DNA from: a virus
Taxonomy: Duplodnaviria > Caudoviricetes
Reading direction: 5' to 3' (one strand)
Virus record (IMG/VR): IMGVR_UViG_3300037458_000198
Coordinates: 1 to 29,372 of that record
DNA length: 29,372 bases
Below the pieces are notes generated by a model that saw only the letters and a list, made by a program, of their open reading frames with translations, was not told the origin of the DNA and made no database searches. The position numbers were made by a program, and so were the translations under genes. Each line of letters opens with the position of its first letter. The stretch's first letter is position 1. Below are positions 19,001-26,858 of the stretch, piece by piece.

Positions 19001-20457
19001 AGAGCACCGTCGTCACCTACTACAAGAACGTTTTGGAAAGTGCCCGTAGGGTCGTTGATGTCAATATAACGGCTATGTCCTGCGTGGCTACGGTTCAATG
19101 CCTTAAGCTTGATGATCTCGTTGCCACGTGTCAATGGGAATACGTTATAGTCCTCTCCGTTGACCATTCGGTTCTGCGTATAAAACACCTGTGGGGCACG
19201 CTCTTTGATCTGCGTATTCGTCTCGGATGGCGCTCCGTTGGCCACTGTGAGCTGAAGACTAAAGAGTAGTCTTAGTGTATATGATTGCCCGTCGGCGCCG
19301 AAATACGGAATACGTATCTCATTGTTGATAACATCCTCTGGGCGAATCGTGAGGTTCGTATTGGCAGATGTGCGTATCCAAGTACGGAAAATTCCCACCG
19401 GAGTATCGGCAAAGTTGCCGTCACCGAACTTGATCGTAATCTGATCGTTTAGGCGAGGAATTACAGAATAGATCGTTCTGAGGTTGTTATCCAAGCTGTT
19501 GTAGATTACGTTTGTTCCTACAAGGCTCGGTACCTTAGTCCATTGCTGTAGAACGTTACCTGCTTGATCGATTTCCTGTACGTAAACATCCGTCTCGTTA
19601 ATGTTCGCGGTATTAATATCCGTTGTTCTGTTACGAATTGGGAAGTCATACAGGTTATCTACATTAAGTAAACGACCTTGCTTAAACATTAAGAAGAAAC
19701 CAGTGTTTGCTGAGCTTAGTCCTGCGCCGTCGTTTCTATAAATTAGATTGAAGCGGTTTGCTGGATCTGGCGCTCTTTCATAAAAGTATTCGCCGTCTGT
19801 AAAATCTGGGTTGACAACATCAAATGGATACTGCGACCCTCTAATAGGAATCGTTAAGTTATAAACAATGTCCGTTCCTGTAACATTGTTCATTTCGTAT
19901 AGATCTGATGGAATGTTACCGATTTGACCAGACTTCGCTGGACGTCCAAACGGGTTTGCTGACAGGAATGCTGCGTTTAGAATTGTAGTGAACTGCTCGA
20001 AGCTGTCTGGGTTATTCGGATCATTCCAGAATACTGTTACATTGCTTAGTTCTCTACCTAAACTATCCTTGAGGCTCTGATTGGTCTGTACTGCGGTTAG
20101 CTTAAACAGACCAGATGCTGCTAAATTACGCTTAGGCGTATAGCTCAACATACGAGCTAATCGTATAATGCTTTCTCGGCGCTCGGCTGTATCTAGAAAG
20201 TTTTCTCGGGAGTTTAGATCGACGCGGAAGCTCAACGACATACCGAGGTAGGACAGCAATTCGATGATTGCGATAAATTCCGAACTCTCAATGTAGTCGT
20301 TAAAGTCCTCTGGATAGTGAGCTCTAATATAGTCTATGAGCGATGCTCGAAGGCTATCGAAATCATAGGCTCTAAAATCGACGTCCTTGAAACTCTTATA
20401 AATTGCTTGCCAGTCTTCAGCAGCAAAAAGGTTTGATTGGCGTACACTTTGTGACAT
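16069..20457 (-). CDS. Baseplate wedge subunit, T4 gp6-like (baseplate J family)
   Basis: 1462 aa. 'YDFDSLRASLIDYIR...FNDYIESS....IIELLSY...ENFLDTAERRESIIRLARMLSY.P', 'IKFGDG' and 'ET..QIK.RAP.....QNRMV..EDY' are gp6 hallmarks. Follows gp25. Confidence 0.9.
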   Translation of the reverse strand: MSQSVRQSNLFAAEDWQAIYKSFKDVDFRAYDFDSLRASLIDYIRAHYPEDFNDYIESSEFIAIIELLSYLGMSLSFRVDLNSRENFLDTAERRESIIRLARMLSYTPKRNLAASGLFKLTAVQTNQSLKDSLGRELSNVTVFWNDPNNPDSFEQFTTILNAAFLSANPFGRPAKSGQIGNIPSDLYEMNNVTGTDIVYNLTIPIRGSQYPFDVVNPDFTDGEYFYERAPDPANRFNLIYRNDGAGLSSANTGFFLMFKQGRLLNVDNLYDFPIRNRTTDINTANINETDVYVQEIDQAGNVLQQWTKVPSLVGTNVIYNSLDNNLRTIYSVIPRLNDQITIKFGDGNFADTPVGIFRTWIRTSANTNLTIRPEDVINNEIRIPYFGADGQSYTLRLLFSLQLTVANGAPSETNTQIKERAPQVFYTQNRMVNGEDYNVFPLTRGNEIIKLKALNRSHAGHSRYIDINDPTGTFQNVLVVGDDGALYYDDEPSRMVVDAGLDTASIVDVRLTEFLDNPYLLNFFYGEYYAKFLSLNPSAFNVSNNAADFTGNPIYWEPQPKKAANDSGFFKTDTLGAIIAVDLSASYLRPGAKVRFVDNLSNPQVEDWATVLAITNNGNPVNPNSTNENGPVDLSEQVERNLIAMDLIPHFRTTFTDAEALDIQSRIDLQADFGLGYNVAANGKAGAWYIVPGTPTGNETFTTDSTSTSSWLILCRYNVLDDTWEFSARGTRYIFESSEDVRFFFDPNNIAVDVQTGQPLRDIVEILPTNTATSNLGSGALGEFIDMRLSNLVMYEDGYRDPRKVVVESPDSDEDGVPDNPLALADFLNDAAGPGAGPTNIYFQRFTDFDGYEYFRVWRASFAEIGGSFTLSQEGGTDWIINANTTVQTATVATAVARGSNYTINEQLTVQGGTVETVPTTLSVLGLSTVAAQDESFFDNVSTNGTYNGGRGYAALDTITLNDGTVITVDAVSTDVGTIASQTQADFTGGGGGNGTFVGGDGVGPNAYVPTDTITLSDGSVVTVNTVDGNGDVVTFVITTASTSGFVSGSTLTQTSTTGTGTGFTLTTSTNNEDLFGDVTQFTVTTPSTVANGANGVTLTQGATSGTGTAFTLTLDLANQGVFSVGLSNPGRYTVIPTSPVATTSLGVGSGATFNMTYVAAAAAGFSANDLDMIITTLDPTDPGNIESIIEAEDETCIDAFDGMIIYYQPVGAPVASGTFYKIREIAPTAILIEQTEDYYVRPGRSYELNTNNPENPLYFKWQHYAPRSNRVDPSISNIIDMTVLTNSYYKDILTWKSSNDATAPVPTPPTTEDLRIQFGELNDYKMLSDQIIFKPGKFKLLFGSGAAPELQARFKVVKLPNTTVTDNEVKSRVIAAIDQYFNVVNWDFGESFFYTELSTYIHQQLANVIASIVIVPEKAESVFGDLFQVRSETDELFLSTATVSNVTIVKNLTETNLRSSR

Positions 20458-20469
20458 GTTTCTTTCCTA

Positions 20470-20850
20470 TTAGATCTCAGCTAAATTGCGTCTATCGTAG
20501 TCTATGTATAAATTCTCTATAACATCCTGTGGCTTGAAGTTAAGTTGTATCTCGAGTCGAATTACATAGTCTAAGTCTCTTGCTTCGATGGCAACTAACT
20601 CTACCCTTGGCTCACTATTGATAATTCTTATAGCGTCTTCAATGATTGCGTCTACAGTTTCTTCGTCAAACGGTTCCATTAGGTAATCAAAGATGTTGCT
20701 TCCGTATTCTGGACGCATTGCTCGCTCGCCTTGACGTGTATAGAACACATTCATCAAGTCCTGCTTCACTAGTTCGATATCAAACAAGCGAAACGGTGGC
20801 GTATCACGACCAACTGTTGAAAAACCTACATAAACCTGACGCTCTGCCAT
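20470..20850 (-). CDS. Baseplate wedge subunit, gp25-like (sheath initiator)
   Basis: 'VKQDLMNVFYTRQGERAMRPEYGS.I...L.EP....I...EPRV' is the gp25/GPW signature. Start moved to ATG 20850 (AAGGA SD). Confidence 0.92.
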   Translation of the reverse strand: MAERQVYVGFSTVGRDTPPFRLFDIELVKQDLMNVFYTRQGERAMRPEYGSNIFDYLMEPFDEETVDAIIEDAIRIINSEPRVELVAIEARDLDYVIRLEIQLNFKPQDVIENLYIDYDRRNLAEI

Positions 20851-20879
20851 AGAATTCCTTTCAGTATTATAGCTCAACT

Positions 20880-20888
20880 TATTTATCA
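20880..20888 (-). promoter_or_regulatory. Late promoter TGATAAATA
   Basis: Intergenic, about 30 nt upstream of gp25. Confidence 0.75.
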
Positions 20889-20913
20889 GTAAAAATATCT
20901 ATAGTTTTAATGG

Positions 20914-20941
20914 TTGACTTTGCTATGAAGGCTGCTATACT
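20914..20941 (+). promoter_or_regulatory. Sigma70-type (early) promoter
   Basis: TTGACT (20914-20919), a 16-nt spacer ending in TGc, then TATACT (20936-20941), i.e. an extended -10. AT-rich upstream. Confidence 0.7.
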
Positions 20942-20972
20942 TGTAACGTGTTCAACTACATGGAAAACACTT

Positions 20973-21203
20973 GTGAAAAAGAATGAAATTGCAGTCCGCT
21001 TCGGTGATCTAGTGGATCGAGCCAACCATATCAACTCGAAGGCTAAGGAAAAGCGTTTCTACGCTATGAGCGAGGGCTACAACGGCAAGCTCGCTGACTT
21101 CGGAATGTACGATTATAACACCAAGAAGTACGTTCTTTCCAACGTCTTTGCCACAGACGCGCCTGACCGACTCGCGGAAATCGAGAGGATGCTCAACAAG
21201 TAA
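20973..21203 (+). CDS. Hypothetical early protein, about 76 aa
   Basis: The ORF-track start (20910) lies upstream of the promoter, so GTG 20973 after a GGAA is preferred. Many C-ending codons. Flanked by a promoter and a terminator-like hairpin. Confidence 0.65.
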   Translation: MKKNEIAVRFGDLVDRANHINSKAKEKRFYAMSEGYNGKLADFGMYDYNTKKYVLSNVFATDAPDRLAEIERMLNK

Positions 21204-21215
21204 GCATCAAGGAAT

Positions 21216-21246
21216 AGGCCCGTGCAATGCGGGCCTTACCTTTTAT
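21216..21246 (+). terminator. Probable intrinsic terminator
   Basis: AGGCCCGT-GCAAT-GCGGGCCT stem-loop (one G-U pair) followed by TACCTTTTAT, 12 nt after the stop codon. Confidence 0.6.
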
Positions 21247-21631
21247 GGATCAGGAAGCTTTCCCCTATGTAGCAATCGAGATCTCGGGCGGTGTAGATCA
21301 CACCACCGGCGGTTTCGATGGTAACGGATCGTTTGCGGCAGATCTTGCGTTCTTTGGTGGCGCCGAGGCAGAACTTGCCTATCTGCGTAATCATCTACAA
21401 AGGTTGTCAGAGACCGGCACCATTGAGAAATACGGGCTTAGGCATAACCAACTAGTCGGATATCAGCTTCGCATTATCGCTAAAGCAGAGTTCATAGAAG
21501 AAATACAGAAGCTAGAGTTTGTCATGAAGCTTCGATGGCCGTCTTTTAGAATTACTAATCGTAGCGTCATACATGTCTCTGAGCTAGCGATGATGACTAG
21601 CGACCTAGACCAGGTTAGCTCCCTTTATTAG
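21227..21631 (+). CDS. Hypothetical protein (134 aa, or 128 aa from ATG 21245)
   Basis: The only long ORF in the gap. Overlaps the gp5 3' end convergently by 17 nt. Start uncertain because ATG 21227 lies inside the hairpin. Confidence 0.5.
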   Translation: MRALPFMDQEAFPYVAIEISGGVDHTTGGFDGNGSFAADLAFFGGAEAELAYLRNHLQRLSETGTIEKYGLRHNQLVGYQLRIIAKAEFIEEIQKLEFVMKLRWPSFRITNRSVIHVSELAMMTSDLDQVSSLY

Positions 21632-22958
21632 TGTGCTCTGGGCAGGGCTCGTAAGTTGGGAAACGAGCTACAATTGTCTGTACCTGTGCTGTTTGCCTGT
21701 TGAACTTGTCAGCATCGCTAAAGGATGCTAATACATTTGTCTTTGCTGCGGGCGCAGGCACTTGCGCTGCTGAGCCAGTTGGCGCATTAGCAGCACCGTC
21801 ATTCAATCTGATCACCGATCCGTCAATGTTCACTGGGCCGCCAGATTCTATATCGCAACCATTGGAGTTGATAGATGCCTTAGCCGCTACGGAAATAATG
21901 CCCGCTGCATCTGATTTTAGCGTCCAGTTGCCCACAGATGTTAGGTTGGCTGTTGAGTCTGTTTTGATACTAATGGCACCCACAGAATGTAGCTTTGTAG
22001 TAGCGCCTGCTTTGATGTTTATAGCAGCCTTTGCCTCTATATTGATGTTTTGATCCGCGTAGAGATTGATGTTCTCTTGAGAGCGGACACTAAAACTCTT
22101 GGCACCAAAGATGTCAACGTTGCCGTCGGCGTCCATTTGTATCCAGGCAGAGCCTGCCTTGTTGATCGCATATACGATTCCGTTGGTTTCATCAAGAAGG
22201 ATCTGTGCGCCGGAGCGTGTTCTGACACGGAAGTGCTCGTGTCCCTCACCGTCGTCAAAATAAAACTGGTGGCCACCTTTGCGGTGCTTTGCTACTGTCT
22301 TACCGTCCTTGAGCGTTGCCTCGTCAATCTTAGGACCGGGAGTGACCAGTCCGTAAACCTGTGACGGCGACTCTCGGCGTGCTGAGGAGTCAGTAATGCC
22401 TCGGACGTTGTCCTTGATCAGTCCTTGCGCTGCTATGGCAGCGGTATGCTCAGTGATCTTTGGTCTCTTGATATCGTCGCGTATCTTCTCGGTTGTTCGC
22501 TTGTTGTATTCTGTGACTGGTAGTGGCTGTCCTGCGTGGTAGTTATTACCGGCAGCAATACCCGGTACCATATGGTTCATATTTTGCTGGTAGAGGCAGC
22601 CCACCCAAACGCCTCTCGATGGATCGCCATTGATAAACATTACCAGCACTTGGTTCTCCAGATCCGGCGGAACAGCCCACCAGCCATAACTAGTCTGGCT
22701 CTTATCGCCTACCTGAATATTTGGATCGAGGTAGGCAGGATCAGTGGCACCAGCAAACGGCGACGCATAGGAAACTGTGATCCAGCCTGTGGTGTCCTCT
22801 GGGCGGCTACCGAACTCTGGAATCCATACACGCAGGCGTCCCATCTTTGCTGCGTCTGAGTTATCCTTGACGAACCCAACCCAACAACCGTGGCGTCTTA
22901 CAACTCGTCCAACTGGGGCGACGTTCTGTGGTTTTTGTGTTCTTGTAAACTTAGCCAT
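21615..22958 (-). CDS. Baseplate central spike, gp5/VgrG-like (OB-fold plus beta-helix), no lysozyme domain
   Basis: OB-fold motifs 'GRLRVWIPEFG...W...ASPFAG...GWWAVPPD....VLVMF.NGD'. C-terminal roughly 8-residue repeats (NINLYADQ NINIEAKA AINIKAGA...). Start moved to ATG 22958 (GGAG SD). Confidence 0.88.
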   Translation of the reverse strand: MAKFTRTQKPQNVAPVGRVVRRHGCWVGFVKDNSDAAKMGRLRVWIPEFGSRPEDTTGWITVSYASPFAGATDPAYLDPNIQVGDKSQTSYGWWAVPPDLENQVLVMFINGDPSRGVWVGCLYQQNMNHMVPGIAAGNNYHAGQPLPVTEYNKRTTEKIRDDIKRPKITEHTAAIAAQGLIKDNVRGITDSSARRESPSQVYGLVTPGPKIDEATLKDGKTVAKHRKGGHQFYFDDGEGHEHFRVRTRSGAQILLDETNGIVYAINKAGSAWIQMDADGNVDIFGAKSFSVRSQENINLYADQNINIEAKAAINIKAGATTKLHSVGAISIKTDSTANLTSVGNWTLKSDAAGIISVAAKASINSNGCDIESGGPVNIDGSVIRLNDGAANAPTGSAAQVPAPAAKTNVLASFSDADKFNRQTAQVQTIVARFPTYEPCPEHTNKGS

Positions 22959-25659
22959 TACGGTTATCTCCATCATACACGTCTTTTAGGAAGGAGACTG
23001 TGTGTTCCTTTGCCGACTTCAACTTATCCATAGCCTTACGCGCAAGAGTGGCTCCGTTGTCCATTGCGATAGGTGGCGGCTCCATTCCAGCAATATTTTG
23101 TAGGTTCTTGTCCTTGACAACTCCTGCGATCTCACTCGCCGACGGTATATCTCCACGAGGATCCGGTAGATTCATCGTATTACCTTGAACAGGATCCTTA
23201 GGTGGTCCGCTCTTGAAAGATGGATCGTCGATATCGCTAAAATCAACCTCGGCAACATTGATCTGTGGATCACGTATAGCACTCAAGGTCTGTGTAAACT
23301 TGCCTTGGCTAAACTCGTGCTGGACAGTCCTTACTCCATAGAATCCGTTGAGCACGTTTGAGTCTGTGAACTTAGGGGTGATGCCGGATTCTGGGTCGAA
23401 GTTCTGCGGCGTAAAGCAGCGGAACAGGATGAAGACCTGAGAGGTCGCGGCGTCCAAGGTCTCCGTCTCGGTATCTTCTGGAGTGGTAGGTACAGCGCCA
23501 GTAGTGGTGCTCTTTGGATCGAGGCCGCGCTTCTTCAGTTCGAGGTCCAACGCCGAAAGGAAGCCCTCTGAGCGTCCGACAGGAGCCGGTTCAAGCCAGT
23601 ATGGATCTCCTTTGATCTGTAGGTCGATGTTGAGGAGGTCGGCAGAGGTCGGCGACTTCGCTTGCTCAAAGAGCGCGCTCAGCATCGTGCGGCCTGGTGT
23701 AGACACAGCATTGGCAGTGAGGTCTTCATTGATAGCTGCCGTTGATTCGATGTAGGAGACGACCAGTGGGTTTACGTTCTTCTCACCGCTGTAGAGGTCT
23801 TCTACAGCTGGATCTACTTGCTCGAAGTTGAGACCCTTTGATAGTGCTCCCCTACCTGCGTTCTGTGCCTGCTGGAAGCCCGATATTGCTGAGGAAGTGA
23901 TGCCTGTGGCGACGGAAGATATGTCTTGTAAATTCGCTGCTATTTGATCGTCGCCTATGAGGTCTGCTGATCCGTTGTTGATGTCGGCGCTAAAGTTGCT
24001 CTTGAATGGTGCGCTAAGATTAGATCCAAACGAGCCTGCGTAATTTCTAATATCAAACCCAGGTGCTGCGGCTTGTTGAGCAGCATCTTCTGCGGCCTGC
24101 GTCTCTATGTTCGCACTAAGTGGCTTACCTGTGGCTTCTACGCTTGCCTTGTTATCAGCACTATCGTTTGGATTATCGACTGCGCCCGGTTCGTTAGTCG
24201 AAAAGTTTGTATAAATGCCTGCTTGTAGAGGAAGGGCCGCATACCAGTTGAAATTGAAAGTTAGATCGAAGTCTAGCACCTGATCATTTCTACCAGTGTA
24301 AAGATATTGATAGATCTTCTTGAGCCTTCCTCGCTCGCGCAATAGCTCATATCGGCGCTGAGAACTAACCTTTGCTCCTTCATTCGCAGGAGTTTGTAGT
24401 GTTCGCATATCGTATGTGGTAATAAGATAGCGATACTTTCGTGCGTAATCGCGGCGGCCTGTATCCCAACCTATTACCTGGCTATCGGCAACAACTCTCG
24501 GTAATATCTGTGATATACTTTTTTCTTCGTCGTTGTCTGGCTTAGTTAGTGTATCTTTCTCTTCTGTGCCCTTTACAGACTTTTGGAACTTTTCTGTGGA
24601 GGCTAGGATGGACTCGACAATGCGGTCTAACGAAATGCCTGGCTGGAAGTGAATCGTAGTCTTGTCGCCGTTTTCAAGGAACTGCGCGACGCGGTCTGCT
24701 ACCGCGTCGGGATTGTCCGGTGGAATACGCTCTTTGGCGATGTCTTCGTCGATGTAAAATTCGTAGACGTCGTGAAGCACTTCCTTGTTCACGGTCTTTT
24801 GCGCTTCCTTGGTCTCGAGAGCTTCCTTCAGTCCTTGGAAGAATTCCTCAACAGTCGTGGCATCTACTGACACCGGCATTTCCAGATCCGCTGCTTGGTT
24901 GGTGTAGGCCAGGTTGCCGTTATACACTGCCTCCACTGCGTAAATGCTGCCTCCAGAGTTTACGCTGATGGCAGTCTTGGTGATCATCAATGGCCACACC
25001 CACACCAGGTTGCTAATGGAGTCGTCGATGGAGGTGTTCTTGGTGCCCGGCGCATTGGGGTTGCGGGCACGGAAAGACAGCTCGAGGTAGAACGGTGCCT
25101 TGGTAAAATTCTGAATGTTTAGCTCTCGACCGGCTGCGGCAATGTAGTCCAACAGCGTGGCGCCAAATGGCTGCATTAGGGTAAAAGAGAATCTTGTAGA
25201 TGCTGTAGACCCGGTTTGCTTGGTGAAGCCGATGATCGACTCGATCTTTACATCGTCGATGCCTATAGTTGTGGCACCCGACTCTGCGATGATAACTTTT
25301 TTACTCTTCGATGTTGGTCCAAAATCACGATTGATTGTGGCTTGATCGCTTACCATGTATAGACGGAAATGATATGTGTACATATCATAATCGTCAAGGA
25401 TATTAGGTAGAACACTTGCGGATATTGGCTTGATTTTCTTTGAGGTTATCGTAACGGTCTCCAATCCCGACATCGCATCTGCTGCGGCACCTGTAGAGGG
25501 AGCGGAGACGCTAGGTATCTTGCCGGTGTCGAGATTGAAATTACTTAGGGTATTCTGCATTGCCGTTGTAGAACCTGCGATGCGCTTAGGGGTTGACCAC
25601 TTAGCGGCATCAATACCCGACAACGAAGGCGGTAAGCCGAACATCCCTTTATCAGCCAT
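22951..25659 (-). CDS. Baseplate hub protein (gp27 / late-control-D-like)
   Basis: 902 aa. C-terminal 'L.IKGDPYWL...GFYGVRTVQHEFSQGKFTQTL' hub signature. Lies between the gp53-like and gp5-like genes. Confidence 0.7.
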   Translation of the reverse strand: MADKGMFGLPPSLSGIDAAKWSTPKRIAGSTTAMQNTLSNFNLDTGKIPSVSAPSTGAAADAMSGLETVTITSKKIKPISASVLPNILDDYDMYTYHFRLYMVSDQATINRDFGPTSKSKKVIIAESGATTIGIDDVKIESIIGFTKQTGSTASTRFSFTLMQPFGATLLDYIAAAGRELNIQNFTKAPFYLELSFRARNPNAPGTKNTSIDDSISNLVWVWPLMITKTAISVNSGGSIYAVEAVYNGNLAYTNQAADLEMPVSVDATTVEEFFQGLKEALETKEAQKTVNKEVLHDVYEFYIDEDIAKERIPPDNPDAVADRVAQFLENGDKTTIHFQPGISLDRIVESILASTEKFQKSVKGTEEKDTLTKPDNDEEKSISQILPRVVADSQVIGWDTGRRDYARKYRYLITTYDMRTLQTPANEGAKVSSQRRYELLRERGRLKKIYQYLYTGRNDQVLDFDLTFNFNWYAALPLQAGIYTNFSTNEPGAVDNPNDSADNKASVEATGKPLSANIETQAAEDAAQQAAAPGFDIRNYAGSFGSNLSAPFKSNFSADINNGSADLIGDDQIAANLQDISSVATGITSSAISGFQQAQNAGRGALSKGLNFEQVDPAVEDLYSGEKNVNPLVVSYIESTAAINEDLTANAVSTPGRTMLSALFEQAKSPTSADLLNIDLQIKGDPYWLEPAPVGRSEGFLSALDLELKKRGLDPKSTTTGAVPTTPEDTETETLDAATSQVFILFRCFTPQNFDPESGITPKFTDSNVLNGFYGVRTVQHEFSQGKFTQTLSAIRDPQINVAEVDFSDIDDPSFKSGPPKDPVQGNTMNLPDPRGDIPSASEIAGVVKDKNLQNIAGMEPPPIAMDNGATLARKAMDKLKSAKEHTVSFLKDVYDGDNRNG

Positions 25660-25955
25660 TAGAGGTATCCTTCAACCTGTGCGGCTGCTGGTGCGTAGAT
25701 GGTGAGGCCTGCCACGAAATCTTCAACGGGGTCTATCAGAAGGTCGGGGTTCCTGGCGGCAAAGAGCCACCACAGTCTTGGACTACCGTAGAGCTCAAAG
25801 GCAAGGAGGTCTGGTCGCTTTTCGTGCTTAGGTGACAGGGTGATGAGCACATCGTTGGACGATGGTGCGATGGTTCGTGGCGACCAAATGTCGAGATAAA
25901 AATCTCGCACACTCGTGGTATAGTATGGGCTCGATGATTTGTTTACTCTTGTCAT
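25659..25955 (-). CDS. Baseplate wedge protein, gp53/LysM-like
   Basis: 98 aa: 'RPDLLAFELYGSPRLWWLFAARN....DP..DF.AG..IYAP'. Confidence 0.88.
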   Translation of the reverse strand: MTRVNKSSSPYYTTSVRDFYLDIWSPRTIAPSSNDVLITLSPKHEKRPDLLAFELYGSPRLWWLFAARNPDLLIDPVEDFVAGLTIYAPAAAQVEGYL

Positions 25956-26710
25956 TATACGAATCCCTTGTTGAGTAGGTCGCCGCGCTTGAATGCATCG
26001 AGATCGAATTCTTCACGAATTCTTTTGGTGTTCTGTTGCACTTGTAGCGTCAACATTATCTCCATCTTCGTAGGCACGTGCGCCTTTCCACTGGGCATCT
26101 CAATATTTACATAGTCTACGTCTATTGGTAGAGTGTAGTTGAGCTGCGTAACTACCACAGGAACATTCTTGAATACGTAGTCGCCGAGATAGTTGAATCT
26201 AAGGACTGGCGGTGGTGTTCCTGCTGTTTGTCTATTAGCCGCAGCCAGTCCAAAGTCGATCATTGTCACAGAACGCAGGAACTGAAGAACAGCCAATAGG
26301 TATGCCCCTTCATTATGAGACTGCGCAGTAAATGGAGCGGTAATTGTTATTTCAGTGGGAGCTGAATTTGTAAATTGCCAATGCGGATAGTTGCTATGAG
26401 TCATATGCATACTTTGGTAGTTTGCAGTGGCTCCAAAGTTAACAGACGGAGTGTAAGGAAAAAGTATACCTTTGGTTTGAATCAAAGGTGTTAGCATATT
26501 TTTCTTACAAGAGTCGTCGCCCAGTAGCGCCGTCATTGCCTTAGGAAATGGTCCTAGGCGTGCTCGCTTAGTATCGTTAGACGGGCCTTTATCTTTATCG
26601 GGTGTTTTGCCAGTGCCGCCGCCTAGGCCTAGAGCACCAAGTGCCTTATTAGCAAGACCTTCGGTGGCATTCTGGACCAAACCCGAACCTATCTTCTTAA
26701 TGTCAATCAT
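25955..26710 (-). CDS. Tail-tube initiator / baseplate-tube junction protein (gp48/gp54 or CIS-tube-like)
   Basis: 'FPYTPSV...HSNYP...FLRS.T...GTPPPVLRF..LG....NVPVVV....Y'. Start moved to ATG 26710 (AGGAG SD), because the track start at 26749 overlaps the late promoter. Confidence 0.7.
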   Translation of the reverse strand: MIDIKKIGSGLVQNATEGLANKALGALGLGGGTGKTPDKDKGPSNDTKRARLGPFPKAMTALLGDDSCKKNMLTPLIQTKGILFPYTPSVNFGATANYQSMHMTHSNYPHWQFTNSAPTEITITAPFTAQSHNEGAYLLAVLQFLRSVTMIDFGLAAANRQTAGTPPPVLRFNYLGDYVFKNVPVVVTQLNYTLPIDVDYVNIEMPSGKAHVPTKMEIMLTLQVQQNTKRIREEFDLDAFKRGDLLNKGFV

Positions 26711-26736
26711 AAATATCGTTACTCCTGGAACAATAT

Positions 26737-26745
26737 TATTTATCA
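26737..26745 (-). promoter_or_regulatory. Late promoter TGATAAATA
   Basis: Heads the baseplate operon, 26 nt upstream of ATG 26710. Confidence 0.78.
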
Positions 26746-26792
26746 TCAAATTTTATTGGGTTTTAACGTTCCACTCATTCTTCAGAAGCGGC

Positions 26793-26821
26793 TTGACTTA
26801 TGCTTGCTAGTCATCTATAAT
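26793..26821 (+). promoter_or_regulatory. Sigma70 promoter for the gp55-gp47-gp46 operon
   Basis: TTGACT-17 nt-TATAAT, followed by an AGGAGG SD at 26850-26855. Confidence 0.85.
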
Positions 26822-26858
26822 TACCCGTAAAAGCCGCATAAAAACAACAAGGAGGCTC

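Noticed and set aside
4247-20457. Inteins, introns or DGR-type repeats as an explanation for the giant ORFs
   Set aside because: No intein splice or LAGLIDADG/HNH motifs were noticed, the frames are uninterrupted, and the repeats are diverged protein-level repeats rather than near-identical DNA pairs. There is no reverse transcriptase in the window.
611-25705. Many short plus-strand and out-of-frame ORFs overlapping the structural genes (e.g. 17174-17602, 5567-5968, 21700-22053)
   Set aside because: They are shadows of long, motif-supported genes, with no SD, promoter or recognisable motif.
20470-26710. Bacterial eCIS, T6SS or tailocin locus
   Set aside because: The adjacent gp55-gp47-gp46 genes and T4-type late promoters indicate a lytic phage genome.
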